Counted from the first letter of the stretch, positions 10,598-21,147 are shown. The stretch: DNA of 64,000 bases from an uncultured SAR86 cluster bacterium (GCA_902541245.1 CACBPT010000001.1:131993-195992); one strand, 5' to 3'. Program-made: numbers and translations. Notes: generated by a model from the letters alone, not told the origin.

Positions 10598-10912
10598 TTA
10601 GGAAGCTGCCTCTTTGATAATTGCTTGTAGCTCTCCTTCCTCATGCATTTCAGTAACTATATCGCAACCACCAATTAATTCCCCTTTTACAAAAAGTTGA
10701 GGGAATGTTGGCCAATCAGATATAGATGGTAAAGTTTGTCTAATATCTTGATTATCTAAAATATCAACATAGGAAAATTCTGCTCCACAATCAATCAATG
10801 CTTGAACGGTTTTTGCTGAGAATCCGCATTTTGGTTCATATGGCGATCCTTTCATATATAGTAGAATTTTGTTCTCTTTTATTTGCTCTTTAATTTTTTC
10901 TTCTATCGACAT
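10598..10912 (-). CDS. grxD: monothiol glutaredoxin (Grx4 family)
   Basis: CGFS active site (PKCGFSAKTVQAL), WPTFPQLFVKGELIGGCDI. Confidence 0.9.
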   Translation of the reverse strand: MSIEEKIKEQIKENKILLYMKGSPYEPKCGFSAKTVQALIDCGAEFSYVDILDNQDIRQTLPSISDWPTFPQLFVKGELIGGCDIVTEMHEEGELQAIIKEAAS

Positions 10913-11667
10913 TAGTGATTCCTTATCAATTTGATATATTTCATTATGGTATCGCTAAAGCCAAATTTCAACGCATCTGTCATAATTGCATGGCCAATAG
11001 AAACTTCATCAATAATACCGCATTCTACTAATTGAGGGAGATTAACTAGATTTAAATCATGGCCAGCATTAACTCCCATGTCATGATCATTTGCGGTTGC
11101 AATACAATCAGTTATATTTTTTTTCACTTGATTGAGTTTATCCACGTTATTTGACTCTAAATAATAGGCAAATGGCCCTGTATAAATTTCAACTCTATCA
11201 AAACCTATATTAGCAGCATATTCAACTGACTTGGGATTAGCATCTATAAATAAACTTATTCTTGAATTAGAAGATTTAATTTCTTTTACAAATTCACTTA
11301 ATTTATTATCCAAGTAGCCAGGTTGCCATCCATGATCAGAGGTCAATTGATCAAGACTATCAGGCACTATAGTTATTTGATGTGGTTGAGCTAAATTACA
11401 TAATTGTTTGAAACCAAGAAAATCTTGCTCTGGCAAAGAAAAAGGATTGCCCTCTAAATTAAACTCAAGATTACTATCTTTACAGATTTTTGAAACCTCT
11501 AATGCATCATCAGATGTGGCATGACGATGATCAGGTCTTGGGTGGAGGGTTAAACCATCTACACCAAGGCTAATAGCTAAATTAGCATATTCTCTTAATG
11601 ATGGAACGTTATTGCCACGAGAGTTTCTGAGGAGTGCAATCTTATTTAGATTAACGCTAAGTTTCAT
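10912..11667 (-). CDS. pdxJ: pyridoxine 5'-phosphate synthase
   Basis: LSVNLNKIALLRNSRG, LHPRPDHRH, EIYTGPFA and NAGHDLN are hallmark PdxJ motifs. Confidence 0.9.
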   Translation of the reverse strand: MKLSVNLNKIALLRNSRGNNVPSLREYANLAISLGVDGLTLHPRPDHRHATSDDALEVSKICKDSNLEFNLEGNPFSLPEQDFLGFKQLCNLAQPHQITIVPDSLDQLTSDHGWQPGYLDNKLSEFVKEIKSSNSRISLFIDANPKSVEYAANIGFDRVEIYTGPFAYYLESNNVDKLNQVKKNITDCIATANDHDMGVNAGHDLNLVNLPQLVECGIIDEVSIGHAIMTDALKFGFSDTIMKYIKLIRNH

Positions 11668-11681
11668 CAGCGATGAAATAT

Positions 11682-12110
11682 CTATCCTCTGTCTTTAAAT
11701 TCATCAACATTAATGTCAAATGAATTTAAATCGGAAGGGTTAGAGATTGATGACTCATCCCAAAATGCTCTTCCACTTGTAATCTTGCCCTCTTTATTGA
11801 TAACAAAATGATCAACAATTGAAATATCCATTCCGGTATTTTCATTGGTATTCCTAACTTCCATAGTTGCTTTTAAGATACCCTCATTAGAACAAATAAC
11901 AGTTTCAACATTTTTAGGTGTTATTTCCATACCGCTAGCATGACCAAAATCCCAAAATTCACAAATAGCTTCTATTCCAATGCAGGGATCAGCTCCTACT
12001 GGATCTTCAAATATTGCTTGATCATCCCACAAACTTCTAAATAAAGATTTGTCATTATTTGTATATGCAAGCACATAATTATCTAGAGCAGATTGAACTT
12101 TTTCTTTCAT
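11682..12110 (-). CDS. SnoaL/NTF2-like (ketosteroid-isomerase-fold) protein
   Basis: 142 aa. N-terminal pattern (NYVLAYTNNDKSLFRSLWDDQAIFEDPVG) is typical of SnoaL-like polyketide-cyclase/KSI folds. Confidence 0.5.
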   Translation of the reverse strand: MKEKVQSALDNYVLAYTNNDKSLFRSLWDDQAIFEDPVGADPCIGIEAICEFWDFGHASGMEITPKNVETVICSNEGILKATMEVRNTNENTGMDISIVDHFVINKEGKITSGRAFWDESSISNPSDLNSFDINVDEFKDRG

Positions 12111-12119
12111 TTTTAATTC

Positions 12120-12605
12120 CTATTTTTGAATTCCTTTTTCCTTTAACATGATTGTTGTAAATTTATCCTCAGGATTTATTGGTGATACGCATTCCCATAT
12201 TCGATCATATTCGGAATGAAGTATTAACCAATTATTTTCTATCTTAATATATTTATCCTCATACAATGCGGTTCCTTGTGTAACGCTGTCCATATCAAAA
12301 TTATAGAAAATATCCTGCAAATACCATTTACCTGTCGCTTCTGTCTCAGAAAGAATTTTTATCTCTGGATGATGAGCGGTATGCATTGAAGCAGCTTGAT
12401 TATGAAAAGCTTGTTTAAGACTTTCTTTTATAGTGTCTTTTCCCTTTGACTCCCATCTATATGTCCCACCCCGATAATCAATTGAAATATTATCTGCGAA
12501 AACATGATCCAACAAATCAAAATCTGCCATATCAATAGCCCTAAAATATCTATGTTTAAGATTTTTAATTTCTTCAATATCAATTAATATTTGTAATTTA
12601 TCCAT
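12120..12605 (-). CDS. NTF2-like (SnoaL_4-type) protein
   Basis: IEEIKNLKHRYFRAIDMADFDLLDHVFADN is the typical SnoaL_4 opening. 161 aa. Confidence 0.5.
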   Translation of the reverse strand: MDKLQILIDIEEIKNLKHRYFRAIDMADFDLLDHVFADNISIDYRGGTYRWESKGKDTIKESLKQAFHNQAASMHTAHHPEIKILSETEATGKWYLQDIFYNFDMDSVTQGTALYEDKYIKIENNWLILHSEYDRIWECVSPINPEDKFTTIMLKEKGIQK

Positions 12606-12612
12606 CTTGGTA

Positions 12613-13365
12613 TTATCTCAAGTATGCTTGACCACCATCAATCATAATAGTTGATCCTGTTATGTAATTCATTCCATCAGATAATAAGTGGCAAACTGCT
12701 TCACCAATATCATCTTTGCAATCACCGACTTTACCAACTGGGATGGTTTTTAAAAATTCATTTGCCTCATCAGGATTTTCATTCATCCACCATTCCATTC
12801 CAGAAGATTTTGCAAGTGGCATAATACAATTAACTAAAATATTATCTGATCCCCACTCTACTGCCGCAGCTCTTGATAATGACCGTATAGCCTCCTTAAC
12901 AGCTGCGTATGCTCCATAAGAAGCTGAATCGGGTCTAAGTGCTGAAGAACTAGCTAGATTTAAAATCTTTCCATCTCCTTTAAGATGTGGATAACATCCT
13001 TTCATAAATCTAAAGGTAGCTAGAGGGCCAGAATTCCATCCATCAAGAAATGATTCATCAGAGACATTTAATAAATTTCCTAGTGGTACCTCTTGAGCAT
13101 TATTAATCAATATATTTAAAGATTTAAAATGTGAAACTGTTGATAATATTGAATTATCGATTGAAGTTTTATCTTTTACATCACATTGAATTGCAATAGC
13201 TGATCCTCCATTATCATTTATCTCATCTGCAACACGTTGAACTTTAGATAAAGTTCTGCCAATTAAACTAACATTAGCACCATATGAAGCAAGAGCCACT
13301 GCAATTCCCTCTCCAACCCCCTGACCTGCCCCAGTTATTAGTGCAGTTTTATTAGAAAAGTCCAT
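12613..13365 (-). CDS. SDR-family oxidoreductase
   Basis: TGAGQGVGEG cofactor motif, NNAQ, and catalytic YGAYAAVK (Y-x3-K). Confidence 0.85.
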   Translation of the reverse strand: MDFSNKTALITGAGQGVGEGIAVALASYGANVSLIGRTLSKVQRVADEINDNGGSAIAIQCDVKDKTSIDNSILSTVSHFKSLNILINNAQEVPLGNLLNVSDESFLDGWNSGPLATFRFMKGCYPHLKGDGKILNLASSSALRPDSASYGAYAAVKEAIRSLSRAAAVEWGSDNILVNCIMPLAKSSGMEWWMNENPDEANEFLKTIPVGKVGDCKDDIGEAVCHLLSDGMNYITGSTIMIDGGQAYLR

Positions 13366-13368
13366 TTA

Positions 13369-15078
13369 TTAAAAATTTGAACCAGTTATATCTTTTGCAG
13401 CTAAGTATCCAAATGTCATAGCTGGCCCAAGAGTTGATCCTGGACCAGGATAAGTTGGCAGCAAGGCTGTAGAGCAATTACCACAGGCATAAAGCCCAGG
13501 TATGACGTTTCCTTCTTTGTTGAGGACTCTGGCGTGAGTATCAATAACCAAGCCTCCAGCAGTACCCATCTCTCCTGGATATAGGACCATACAATAAAAA
13601 GGGCCCTTCTCTAATGGTGCTAGGCATGGATTTGGTGTGACAGATGGATCACCATAATATCTATCATAAGCTGTGTCACCTCTCTGAAGATCAAGATCTT
13701 TTCCAGATTTAGCATATTCATTTACTTTAGCTTGAGTTGATAAAAGACCCTCTATGTCAATTCCAGCAACTTCGGCTAGCTCTTCTAAAGTTTCACCCTT
13801 AGATAGAAATGATGGTGTCCACCACTCTTTTGGGACAGCAGAGTCAGGTTGCATAGAGCTCTGAAGAAGAGGACCGCATGGACGATTCTTTCTAAAGGTG
13901 CTATCAAAAATCATGTAGCATGGCGCACATGGATTTCCTTCAGCATATTTTTCAAACATATCATTTACAAAACTTACATAGTTTTGAGATTCATTTGAAA
14001 ATCTTTCGCCATTCTTATTAACTGTAAAATTACCCGGCATTGATTTATCAACCATTGATAACCAACCTTTATCTTGACCAGGGACTTTCATGACCGTTGA
14101 CCACCATCCTGTATCCATTTGATGAGTATCGGCTCCAAGTCTTAAAGCAGCTTTCAATGCATCTCCTGTGTTGTATGTATTTGCAGCGCTCCATTCAGTT
14201 TTAGAAGGTTGAGGTAAATACTTATCCCTGAGCTCTTGATCTTTCTCAAATCCACCAGAAGCTAAAATTACCCCCTTTGAGGCTTTGATATTGATTTCGG
14301 AATTATTTCTTGAAGCTTTGATGCCAATCACTGAACCATTTTCATCTATTAAATCTGTCATTGAAGTCTCAGTCCAGATATCTACATTTCTATCTCTTAA
14401 AGATAATACTAATCTTGCTATTCCTGCATTACCCATTGTCAGCCTTCTATCTTTCCAACCCCATTTCAGTCTCATGGGTAAATCAAGGATATATTTCGTA
14501 AATAGTTTGGCAAAAAGTGTTTTCCAACCAGGCAAAGCTCCTAAAAGTAATTGACCCTCTACCTGGGTAAAATTCATATTAATTGGTCCCATGGTAAAAG
14601 CTGTTTGTGGATGCTGCTCCCTTAACTTACCTAAATCAGTTCCTAATATTGTTCCATTAATGGGTTCAGGCTCCATTGATCTGTTGCCCTCCTTTCCCCC
14701 AGGATTGTCAGGAAAGTAATCTGGATAATGAGATAAGTTTCTATATTTTACTTGGGAATTTTCATGAAGATAATCAATCATTTTTGGTCCTTCTGAAATA
14801 TAAGTTTCAATAAGTTCATCTTTAATCATGCCCTCAGGAGAAACGCTATTGATATAGTCTCGTGCATCTTGATCTGAATCATCAACATTCTCAGCTTTGG
14901 CATATCTATTATTTGGAATCCAAACTCCTCCTCCAGAAGTTGCAGATGTGCCACCGTATTGATTGCTTTTTTCAATAACAAGTGTTTTTGCGCCACCATC
15001 ATGAGTGCAAATGGCTGAAGTTAGAGCTCCATTTCCAGAGCCAACTACAACAACATCAAATTCATAATCCCATTTCAT
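13369..15078 (-). CDS. FAD-dependent oxidoreductase, 3-oxosteroid 1-dehydrogenase (KstD)-like / fumarate-reductase flavoprotein fold
   Basis: FDVVVVGSGNGALTSA dinucleotide fold, GGTSATSGGGVWIPNN, and C-terminal GLYACGN. Length (569 aa) fits the KstD family. Confidence 0.7.
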   Translation of the reverse strand: MKWDYEFDVVVVGSGNGALTSAICTHDGGAKTLVIEKSNQYGGTSATSGGGVWIPNNRYAKAENVDDSDQDARDYINSVSPEGMIKDELIETYISEGPKMIDYLHENSQVKYRNLSHYPDYFPDNPGGKEGNRSMEPEPINGTILGTDLGKLREQHPQTAFTMGPINMNFTQVEGQLLLGALPGWKTLFAKLFTKYILDLPMRLKWGWKDRRLTMGNAGIARLVLSLRDRNVDIWTETSMTDLIDENGSVIGIKASRNNSEINIKASKGVILASGGFEKDQELRDKYLPQPSKTEWSAANTYNTGDALKAALRLGADTHQMDTGWWSTVMKVPGQDKGWLSMVDKSMPGNFTVNKNGERFSNESQNYVSFVNDMFEKYAEGNPCAPCYMIFDSTFRKNRPCGPLLQSSMQPDSAVPKEWWTPSFLSKGETLEELAEVAGIDIEGLLSTQAKVNEYAKSGKDLDLQRGDTAYDRYYGDPSVTPNPCLAPLEKGPFYCMVLYPGEMGTAGGLVIDTHARVLNKEGNVIPGLYACGNCSTALLPTYPGPGSTLGPAMTFGYLAAKDITGSNF

Positions 15079-15228
15079 AATATCTCTAAGTTTAATAGTA
15101 AATTGTAACTAATTCGCTGCAAGTAGTAGTATATTTTAAAAAAAATCTAATAAGAAATTTAACTCTTTAATGGTCACAAACTTTTTATAAATGTCTATAA
15201 TCTAATTTTAATAATACTATGGATCGAA

Positions 15229-16359
15229 ATGAAAACTGATATATGTAAAAAACTAGGTATCGAATATCCAATTTTCGCATTCACTCATTGCAGGGATGTT
15301 GTTGTTGCAGTAAGTAAAGCTGGAGGGATTGGAGTCTTAGGAGCTGTTGGTTACTCTCCTGAGCAATTAAAGGAAGAGCTTGATTGGATCGATGAAAAAA
15401 TTGGCGATTATCCATATGGTGTAGACACAGTTATACCTCAAAAATACGAGGGTATGGATGAAAAAGACCCGGAACAATTATTGGAGTCTTTGCAAAAAAT
15501 GGTACCTGATGCTCATCGAGAATTTGTAGACAAATTATTATCAGAAAATGGTGTGCCTGAAGCTCCAGAAACTAATGGTCCAAAAGGCGGCTTACTTGGA
15601 TGGACTGAAGCAACTGCCGAACCTCAAATTGATGAAGCTTTAAAACATCCTAACGTCAAATTAATTGCAAATGCTTTAGGAACTCCACCCCAAGACATGA
15701 TTAAAAAAATTCAAGACAAGGGTGTTCTAATTGGTGCATTGTGTGGAAAAATTAAACAAGCAGTTGCTCACAAAAACGCTGGACTGGACTTCATTATTGC
15801 TCAAGGTGGAGAAGGCGGTGGTCATACAGGAGAGATAGGCAGTATTGTCTTATGGCCTCAAATTATTGACGCGGTCGGTGAATTACCTGTTCTAGCTGCA
15901 GGAGGAGTTGGTAATGGAAGACAAATGGCAGCAGCAATGTCTATGGGTGCTCAAGGGGTATGGTGTGGTTCTTTATGGCTTGCAGTAGAGGAAGCTGCAG
16001 CACAGCCAGCTCAAAAAGATTCGTATTTAAATGCATCAAGTGAAGATACTATTCGAAGCAAAGCGTGGACAGGAAAGCCTGCAAGAATGTTAAAAAATAA
16101 ATGGACTGAGGCATGGGAAAATCCTGACAATCCTGATCCTTTGCCAATGCCACTTCAAGGCATGATCACCTTTGATGCAATGCGAAGAACATCAATGTAT
16201 GCAGGATCAGGAAATACTCAAGAAGTTTCCTTTAATGCAGCTGGTCAAGTCATTGGCCAGGTTAAGCAAATAGAATCTGTTAAAGACGTTGTCTATAGAA
16301 TTATTAATGAGTATCTTGATTCACTAGATCGTTTAAATGCTCTTCTTCCAGAGGAGTAA
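15229..16359 (+). CDS. nitronate monooxygenase (NMO/2-nitropropane dioxygenase) family flavoprotein
   Basis: YPIFAFTHCRDVVVAVSKAGGIGVLG, IIAQGGEGGGHTG, AAGGVGNGRQMAAAMSMGAQGVW. Confidence 0.75.
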   Translation: MKTDICKKLGIEYPIFAFTHCRDVVVAVSKAGGIGVLGAVGYSPEQLKEELDWIDEKIGDYPYGVDTVIPQKYEGMDEKDPEQLLESLQKMVPDAHREFVDKLLSENGVPEAPETNGPKGGLLGWTEATAEPQIDEALKHPNVKLIANALGTPPQDMIKKIQDKGVLIGALCGKIKQAVAHKNAGLDFIIAQGGEGGGHTGEIGSIVLWPQIIDAVGELPVLAAGGVGNGRQMAAAMSMGAQGVWCGSLWLAVEEAAAQPAQKDSYLNASSEDTIRSKAWTGKPARMLKNKWTEAWENPDNPDPLPMPLQGMITFDAMRRTSMYAGSGNTQEVSFNAAGQVIGQVKQIESVKDVVYRIINEYLDSLDRLNALLPEE

Positions 16360-16368
16360 TTTGTTTAA

Positions 16369-16551
16369 ATGCTAGAAGATCTTTTTTTTGATCTTAAAAG
16401 CTTTATATATAGTCTAGGAATAATATCTGTTGCAATAGCGCTATTAATAATATTACCGAAAAAAATATCTATGTGGTTGGGAAAATTCCCAATAATTCTT
16501 ATCTTCATGTTTGTCATAATTATGACTTTAGTAATTCAGGTATTTAATTAG
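16369..16551 (+). CDS. hypothetical small two-TM membrane protein
   Basis: 60-aa ORF, strongly hydrophobic, 10 nt after the preceding gene. No family recognised and it may not be expressed. Confidence 0.3.
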   Translation: MLEDLFFDLKSFIYSLGIISVAIALLIILPKKISMWLGKFPIILIFMFVIIMTLVIQVFN

Positions 16552-17842
16552 AATTAAACTTAACAGAAAAGTCTTCCACTAAATTTACAAATGCTTTCAC
16601 ACCGTTAGTTAGGGCAGAATCATCAACATAAAAATATGGAGAGTGATTAGTAGGACTATCTTCAACACCGGGAGCATTAACGCCTAAGAAAAAAAATAAT
16701 CCAGGCACTTGTTGTGCATAAAAAGAGAAATCTTCTGCTCCTGTTCGTGGAACTCTTGCCTCAAAAAAATCTCCATTTGCAGCTTCCATCAAAGATGGTG
16801 AGAAATTTCTTACAAGATCTTCATCATTGACTGTAACTGGATATCCCCCATAAACCTTAAACTCAACCTCAGCAGAAGCATGATGAGCCTCTGCTACTTT
16901 CTCCGCTATAAGCTTGATTTCATCTCTGATTTGATCTGCATAAGAGTCTTTGAATGTTCTAATAGTTCCCTCCAACATTGCAGTCGAGGGTATGATGTTA
17001 TTTCTTGTCCCAGCTTTCATAATTCCTACAGTTACCACAGCCTGGCTATCCAAAAGATTTAATCTTCTGCTCACAATTGTTTGTAATGTTGTAGCAATAT
17101 CGGACGCAGCAATAATTGGATCAACTCCGCTCCATGGGCGCGAACCATGTGTTTGTCTGCCTTGGACTGTAATTCTAAATGCTTCTGCTGAAGCCATAAT
17201 TGGACCAGGTTTGGTCCAAATTTGACCATTTTTAAAATTAGCTACATGCATTCCAAAAATAGCATCTGGTTTTTCAGCATCAAAAAGGCCTTGCTTTAGC
17301 ATCAATTCAGCGCCACCTTCCTCTCCCTCCGGTGCACCCTCTTCTGCTGGTTGAAAAATTAATAAAATATCGCCATTTAATTTATCAGTATTTTGAGATA
17401 GAAAACTAGCAACACCAAGTAAAACTGCAATGTGAGCATCATGACCGCAAGCATGCATTACACCGACTTCATTGCCTTGATAGGTTGTTTTAACTTTTGA
17501 CGAAAATGGTAAATTAAGTTTTTCTGTAACAGGCAATCCATCTATATCAGCTCTTAGTGCAATTAATGGTCCAGCATTTTGACCTCTTATAAAAGCAGTG
17601 ACTCCAGTAATCCCATAGTTAAGATTAGGCTCTAATCCCATTTCGATTAATGCCTCAGCAATAGATTCCTGAGTTTTATATTCTCTATTTGAAAGTTCAG
17701 GGAATTCATGAAAATAATGTCTCCAATCAGTCACTTTTGTCATAACCCCAGGAATATCAAGAGCTAATTGATTTCTTAAATCTTCTGCAGATATTGTTTC
17801 ACAGGCCATCAAAAAGATTGAATATAAAAATAGTTTTTTCAT
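16544..17842 (-). CDS. M20-family amidohydrolase/peptidase (hippurate hydrolase / aminoacylase-like), secreted
   Basis: Signal peptide MKKLFLYSIFLMACETISA. LRADIDGLP, MHACGHDAH and GAEDFSFY are typical of the M20D subfamily. Confidence 0.8.
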   Translation of the reverse strand: MKKLFLYSIFLMACETISAEDLRNQLALDIPGVMTKVTDWRHYFHEFPELSNREYKTQESIAEALIEMGLEPNLNYGITGVTAFIRGQNAGPLIALRADIDGLPVTEKLNLPFSSKVKTTYQGNEVGVMHACGHDAHIAVLLGVASFLSQNTDKLNGDILLIFQPAEEGAPEGEEGGAELMLKQGLFDAEKPDAIFGMHVANFKNGQIWTKPGPIMASAEAFRITVQGRQTHGSRPWSGVDPIIAASDIATTLQTIVSRRLNLLDSQAVVTVGIMKAGTRNNIIPSTAMLEGTIRTFKDSYADQIRDEIKLIAEKVAEAHHASAEVEFKVYGGYPVTVNDEDLVRNFSPSLMEAANGDFFEARVPRTGAEDFSFYAQQVPGLFFFLGVNAPGVEDSPTNHSPYFYVDDSALTNGVKAFVNLVEDFSVKFNSN

Positions 17843-17845
17843 GGG

Positions 17846-18724
17846 TTAGCTTTTTTTAAAAAAGTTAATAAAGATCGCAGGAGTAGATTCCATATAATCT
17901 TTAAAATCTGCTCGTCTATTTAATGATCTTTTATCCATCATTGAAACAGATGCAATTGCTATGAGAGCATACATAACGATACAGCCGATCAAAAGCCATG
18001 CAAACGACATACTTGAAGCTATCGCAAACACAAACAAACTAAACCAAAAAAGTATTTCGCCAAAATAATTAGGGTGTCTTGAATAAAACCATAAACCTGT
18101 CTGCATAGTTTTTGACTCGGTCATGTTATTTCTGAAGTTATACATCTGTTGATCAGAAATAATTTGTATTATTACCGCAATAACAGATAGTAAGGCAGCA
18201 ACAATATCAAGTATATTTAAGCCATTTCCTGGATAAGCAAGTGCAAATATCATTGGAAGCAATGCTAAGTAGACGCATATTGTTGGTATGAGATGGATAG
18301 ACCCAAAATCAACAATAAAATATTCTAATTTATTTTTAGTTTTTGCTTTCATCATTACATAACGCCAATCTTCATGTGAAAATCCATCCCATGATCTCAT
18401 CCAGTTATAAGTAAGACGAATAGCCCAAAAAAGTAAACAGGCGTGCATTAACAATGCTCTCTGAGTATTTCCAGCAGCAGCAAGATCAGACCAGCACATT
18501 ACAGCAAGCACAACAGGAATAACTGACCAAAAAGCATCATACCAACTTGAGTTATTAAATATAACGCTCAAAAAATAAATAAAGACCGTAGCTTCAACAT
18601 GACATATAAATACTTTAAGAGGTAATGAAAAATCGGATGAAAGCTCCCAAGTAAGTTGCATTGAGTATATACAAGCAACATATCCTAGCGTTATCACTGA
18701 TAGATGTAATAGTTTTGTCTTCAT
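17846..18724 (-). CDS. DUF1295 / steroid 5-alpha-reductase-like integral membrane protein
   Basis: Multi-TM protein with C-terminal YSRHPNYFGEILFW motif (DUF1295/ICMT-like). Overlaps the fbiC stop by 4 nt. Confidence 0.6.
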   Translation of the reverse strand: MKTKLLHLSVITLGYVACIYSMQLTWELSSDFSLPLKVFICHVEATVFIYFLSVIFNNSSWYDAFWSVIPVVLAVMCWSDLAAAGNTQRALLMHACLLFWAIRLTYNWMRSWDGFSHEDWRYVMMKAKTKNKLEYFIVDFGSIHLIPTICVYLALLPMIFALAYPGNGLNILDIVAALLSVIAVIIQIISDQQMYNFRNNMTESKTMQTGLWFYSRHPNYFGEILFWFSLFVFAIASSMSFAWLLIGCIVMYALIAIASVSMMDKRSLNRRADFKDYMESTPAIFINFFKKS

Positions 18725-21147
18725 AGTGAATTAATTATTTTTTTAGGTTGATGATAATCATTATTTATTGGAAGCAAAGGAATTGATTGAAGTTCTATCA
18801 AATCTTTAATTCTATTAGGCATGGAATGATATAAAGTGTTGCGCTGGATTAAATTAAGGTCTAGCTCATCAGTAATTTTAAGAACATCCTCTAAAAATAA
18901 TTCTTGACCAAAAGCGGCACCAGCAGATCTTGTTATTGATTCATTCATGAGCACTCCTCCAATGTCATTAATTCCTGCAGTTAAAAGAAACTTTAATCCT
19001 GGAAGGCCCATTTTTACCCATGAGCCCTGAATGTTATTGATTTTGCCATTGAAAAGAATTCTTGCAACAGAATGGACTAAAATGGATTCTTTAAAGGTAG
19101 GTCCGGGTCTTGCAAGACCCTTTCTATAAATAGGGGCTTCATCAGCCACAAAAGGCAGAGGAACAAACTCTGTTATTCCATTGGTTTCTAATTGAAGGTT
19201 ATTTAATTTAAGAAGATGATGAGCAACGTGAGACATATTCTCAACATGACCAAACATCATTGTAGATGTTGAGGGTAATCCAACATTATGAGCAGTCTTG
19301 ATAATTTCAATCCATTGAGATGTAGTCAGTTTATCTGGACATATTTTTGATCTAATATCATCATGCAAAATCTCAGCTGCAGTTCCTGGAAGAGAATTTA
19401 GCCCAACATTTTTTAACTCTTGAAGAAATTCTTTAGAAGAAATATTTAATGTCTTTCTGCCATGATCTATTTCAAGCGGAGAAAATGCATGGATATGGAC
19501 AGAACTAGAAACTGATCTTATAGATTTAACTATTTCAATATAAGTTCGGCCGGTATATTTTGGATGAATACCGCCTTGTAAGCATACTTCGGTTGCGCCT
19601 CTATCAATAGCTTCTTTTGTTCTTCGTACTATCTCAGCATGAGAAATATTGTACGGCTTACCCCGAAGATCATCGTGCCCTCTTCCTTTTGAAAAAGCAC
19701 AAAAATTACACTTGTAAGAGCATATATTTGTATAGTTGATATTTCTATTTACAACAAAGCTTACATCCTTTCCAAAAATTTCAAATTTCTTGTTATTTGC
19801 ATAATCAACGATATATTGAAAATCTTTATCATTTGACTCTAATAACCTTTGTAAATTATCTATAGAAGGATTTAATTCAACCTCTTGAATGGTCTTTTGA
19901 ATGTCAGTATTACAGATATGCTTTGAATAAAGTGGAATATGATCACTTACTCCAGATTTCCAATTATCAGATCTAATCAATGATCTTGCATCAGTAATAT
20001 CAAGTAATTTAGAGGCTATCGAGGGTGATGAGAACTCATTAAGATTTGCAAAATACTTAGGATAAAGTGTTGTTCGGGCAACAAGTGACTGATTGGAATG
20101 TAAAGCTAATTTACCAAGCTTTTCTATTTCTGGCCAAGGAGCCTCTGGATTTACATAGTCCTTAGTTACTGGAGAAATTCCTCCAAAATCATTGATACCA
20201 GATACGGTTAATTTTTTAATATGTTCAGCGTTTAGATTTGGTGGAACCTGCACACTAATATCACCAGGTAAAATTAACCTTGCCATAGCAATTGTCCAAA
20301 TTAACTCATCGAATGAAGGCTCAGGAGAATTTGCCATTAATGTATTTGGCTTCGGTTTGAAGTTTTGAACAATGACTTCTTGAATATGATTGTATTGCTT
20401 GTGAAGTTTAGAAATTTCATAAAGAGATTCGAGTCTATCTAAACGTGTCTCACCAATTCCTATTAAAATTCCCGTTGTAAATGGAATTTTTTGTTTACCG
20501 GCTTCTATTAGTGTCTTCATTCTAAATTCTGGTTCTTTGTCAGGAGATCCATAATGAGGCTGGCCTTTTTCAGTGAGCTTTGAAGACAGTGATTCAACCA
20601 TTAATCCCATTGAACCGCTTAGTGGCTTTAATTTAGAAATTTCTTCTGATGTAAGACACCCTGAATTCAAATGAGGAATAAGGGAAGTTTCTTTTAAGAC
20701 AGCATCTGCACAAGCACCCAGGTATTCATTTGTTGTTTTAAAACCATTAATTTTTAACCAATCGCGTGCAGCTTTATATCTCAGCTCTGGCTTATCTCCT
20801 AAAGTGAATAATGCCTCATAACAACCCCTACTCTCACCCTCTTTTGCAATAGAAACGACTTCTTGAATTGATAGGTATGGAGATTCAACTTTTTTTGGTG
20901 TTTTAGCAAATGTGCAGTAATGACAAACATCTCTACACAAAAATGTTAATGGTATAAAGACTTTAGGTGAATAAGTAAGGGTATCTTGAAAATAATATTT
21001 TTTTTTATTAAATGCAGCCTCAATCAGTGATTCTGACAAACAAACATTACTCAAAGCTTTTAATTCAGAAAATTTAATATTTTCATTTTGAATTATCTTT
21101 AAAAGAGATAAGTTAGATTGTTCTTGAATTTTCAATTTATTAACCAT
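18721..21147 (-). CDS. fbiC: bifunctional FO synthase (CofG+CofH fusion; 7,8-didemethyl-8-hydroxy-5-deazariboflavin synthase)
   Basis: 808 aa with two radical-SAM cysteine triads (CRDVCHYCTF in the N-half, CSYKCNFCAF in the C-half). Architecture and length are characteristic of FbiC. Confidence 0.9.
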   Translation of the reverse strand: MVNKLKIQEQSNLSLLKIIQNENIKFSELKALSNVCLSESLIEAAFNKKKYYFQDTLTYSPKVFIPLTFLCRDVCHYCTFAKTPKKVESPYLSIQEVVSIAKEGESRGCYEALFTLGDKPELRYKAARDWLKINGFKTTNEYLGACADAVLKETSLIPHLNSGCLTSEEISKLKPLSGSMGLMVESLSSKLTEKGQPHYGSPDKEPEFRMKTLIEAGKQKIPFTTGILIGIGETRLDRLESLYEISKLHKQYNHIQEVIVQNFKPKPNTLMANSPEPSFDELIWTIAMARLILPGDISVQVPPNLNAEHIKKLTVSGINDFGGISPVTKDYVNPEAPWPEIEKLGKLALHSNQSLVARTTLYPKYFANLNEFSSPSIASKLLDITDARSLIRSDNWKSGVSDHIPLYSKHICNTDIQKTIQEVELNPSIDNLQRLLESNDKDFQYIVDYANNKKFEIFGKDVSFVVNRNINYTNICSYKCNFCAFSKGRGHDDLRGKPYNISHAEIVRRTKEAIDRGATEVCLQGGIHPKYTGRTYIEIVKSIRSVSSSVHIHAFSPLEIDHGRKTLNISSKEFLQELKNVGLNSLPGTAAEILHDDIRSKICPDKLTTSQWIEIIKTAHNVGLPSTSTMMFGHVENMSHVAHHLLKLNNLQLETNGITEFVPLPFVADEAPIYRKGLARPGPTFKESILVHSVARILFNGKINNIQGSWVKMGLPGLKFLLTAGINDIGGVLMNESITRSAGAAFGQELFLEDVLKITDELDLNLIQRNTLYHSMPNRIKDLIELQSIPLLPINNDYHQPKKIINSL

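Noticed and set aside
16544-17842. M20 amidohydrolase as an F420 gamma-glutamyl tail-trimming enzyme, because it is co-oriented with the F420 operon
   Set aside because: The protein has a clear N-terminal signal peptide and is therefore probably periplasmic, while F420 is cytoplasmic. Co-orientation alone is weak evidence.
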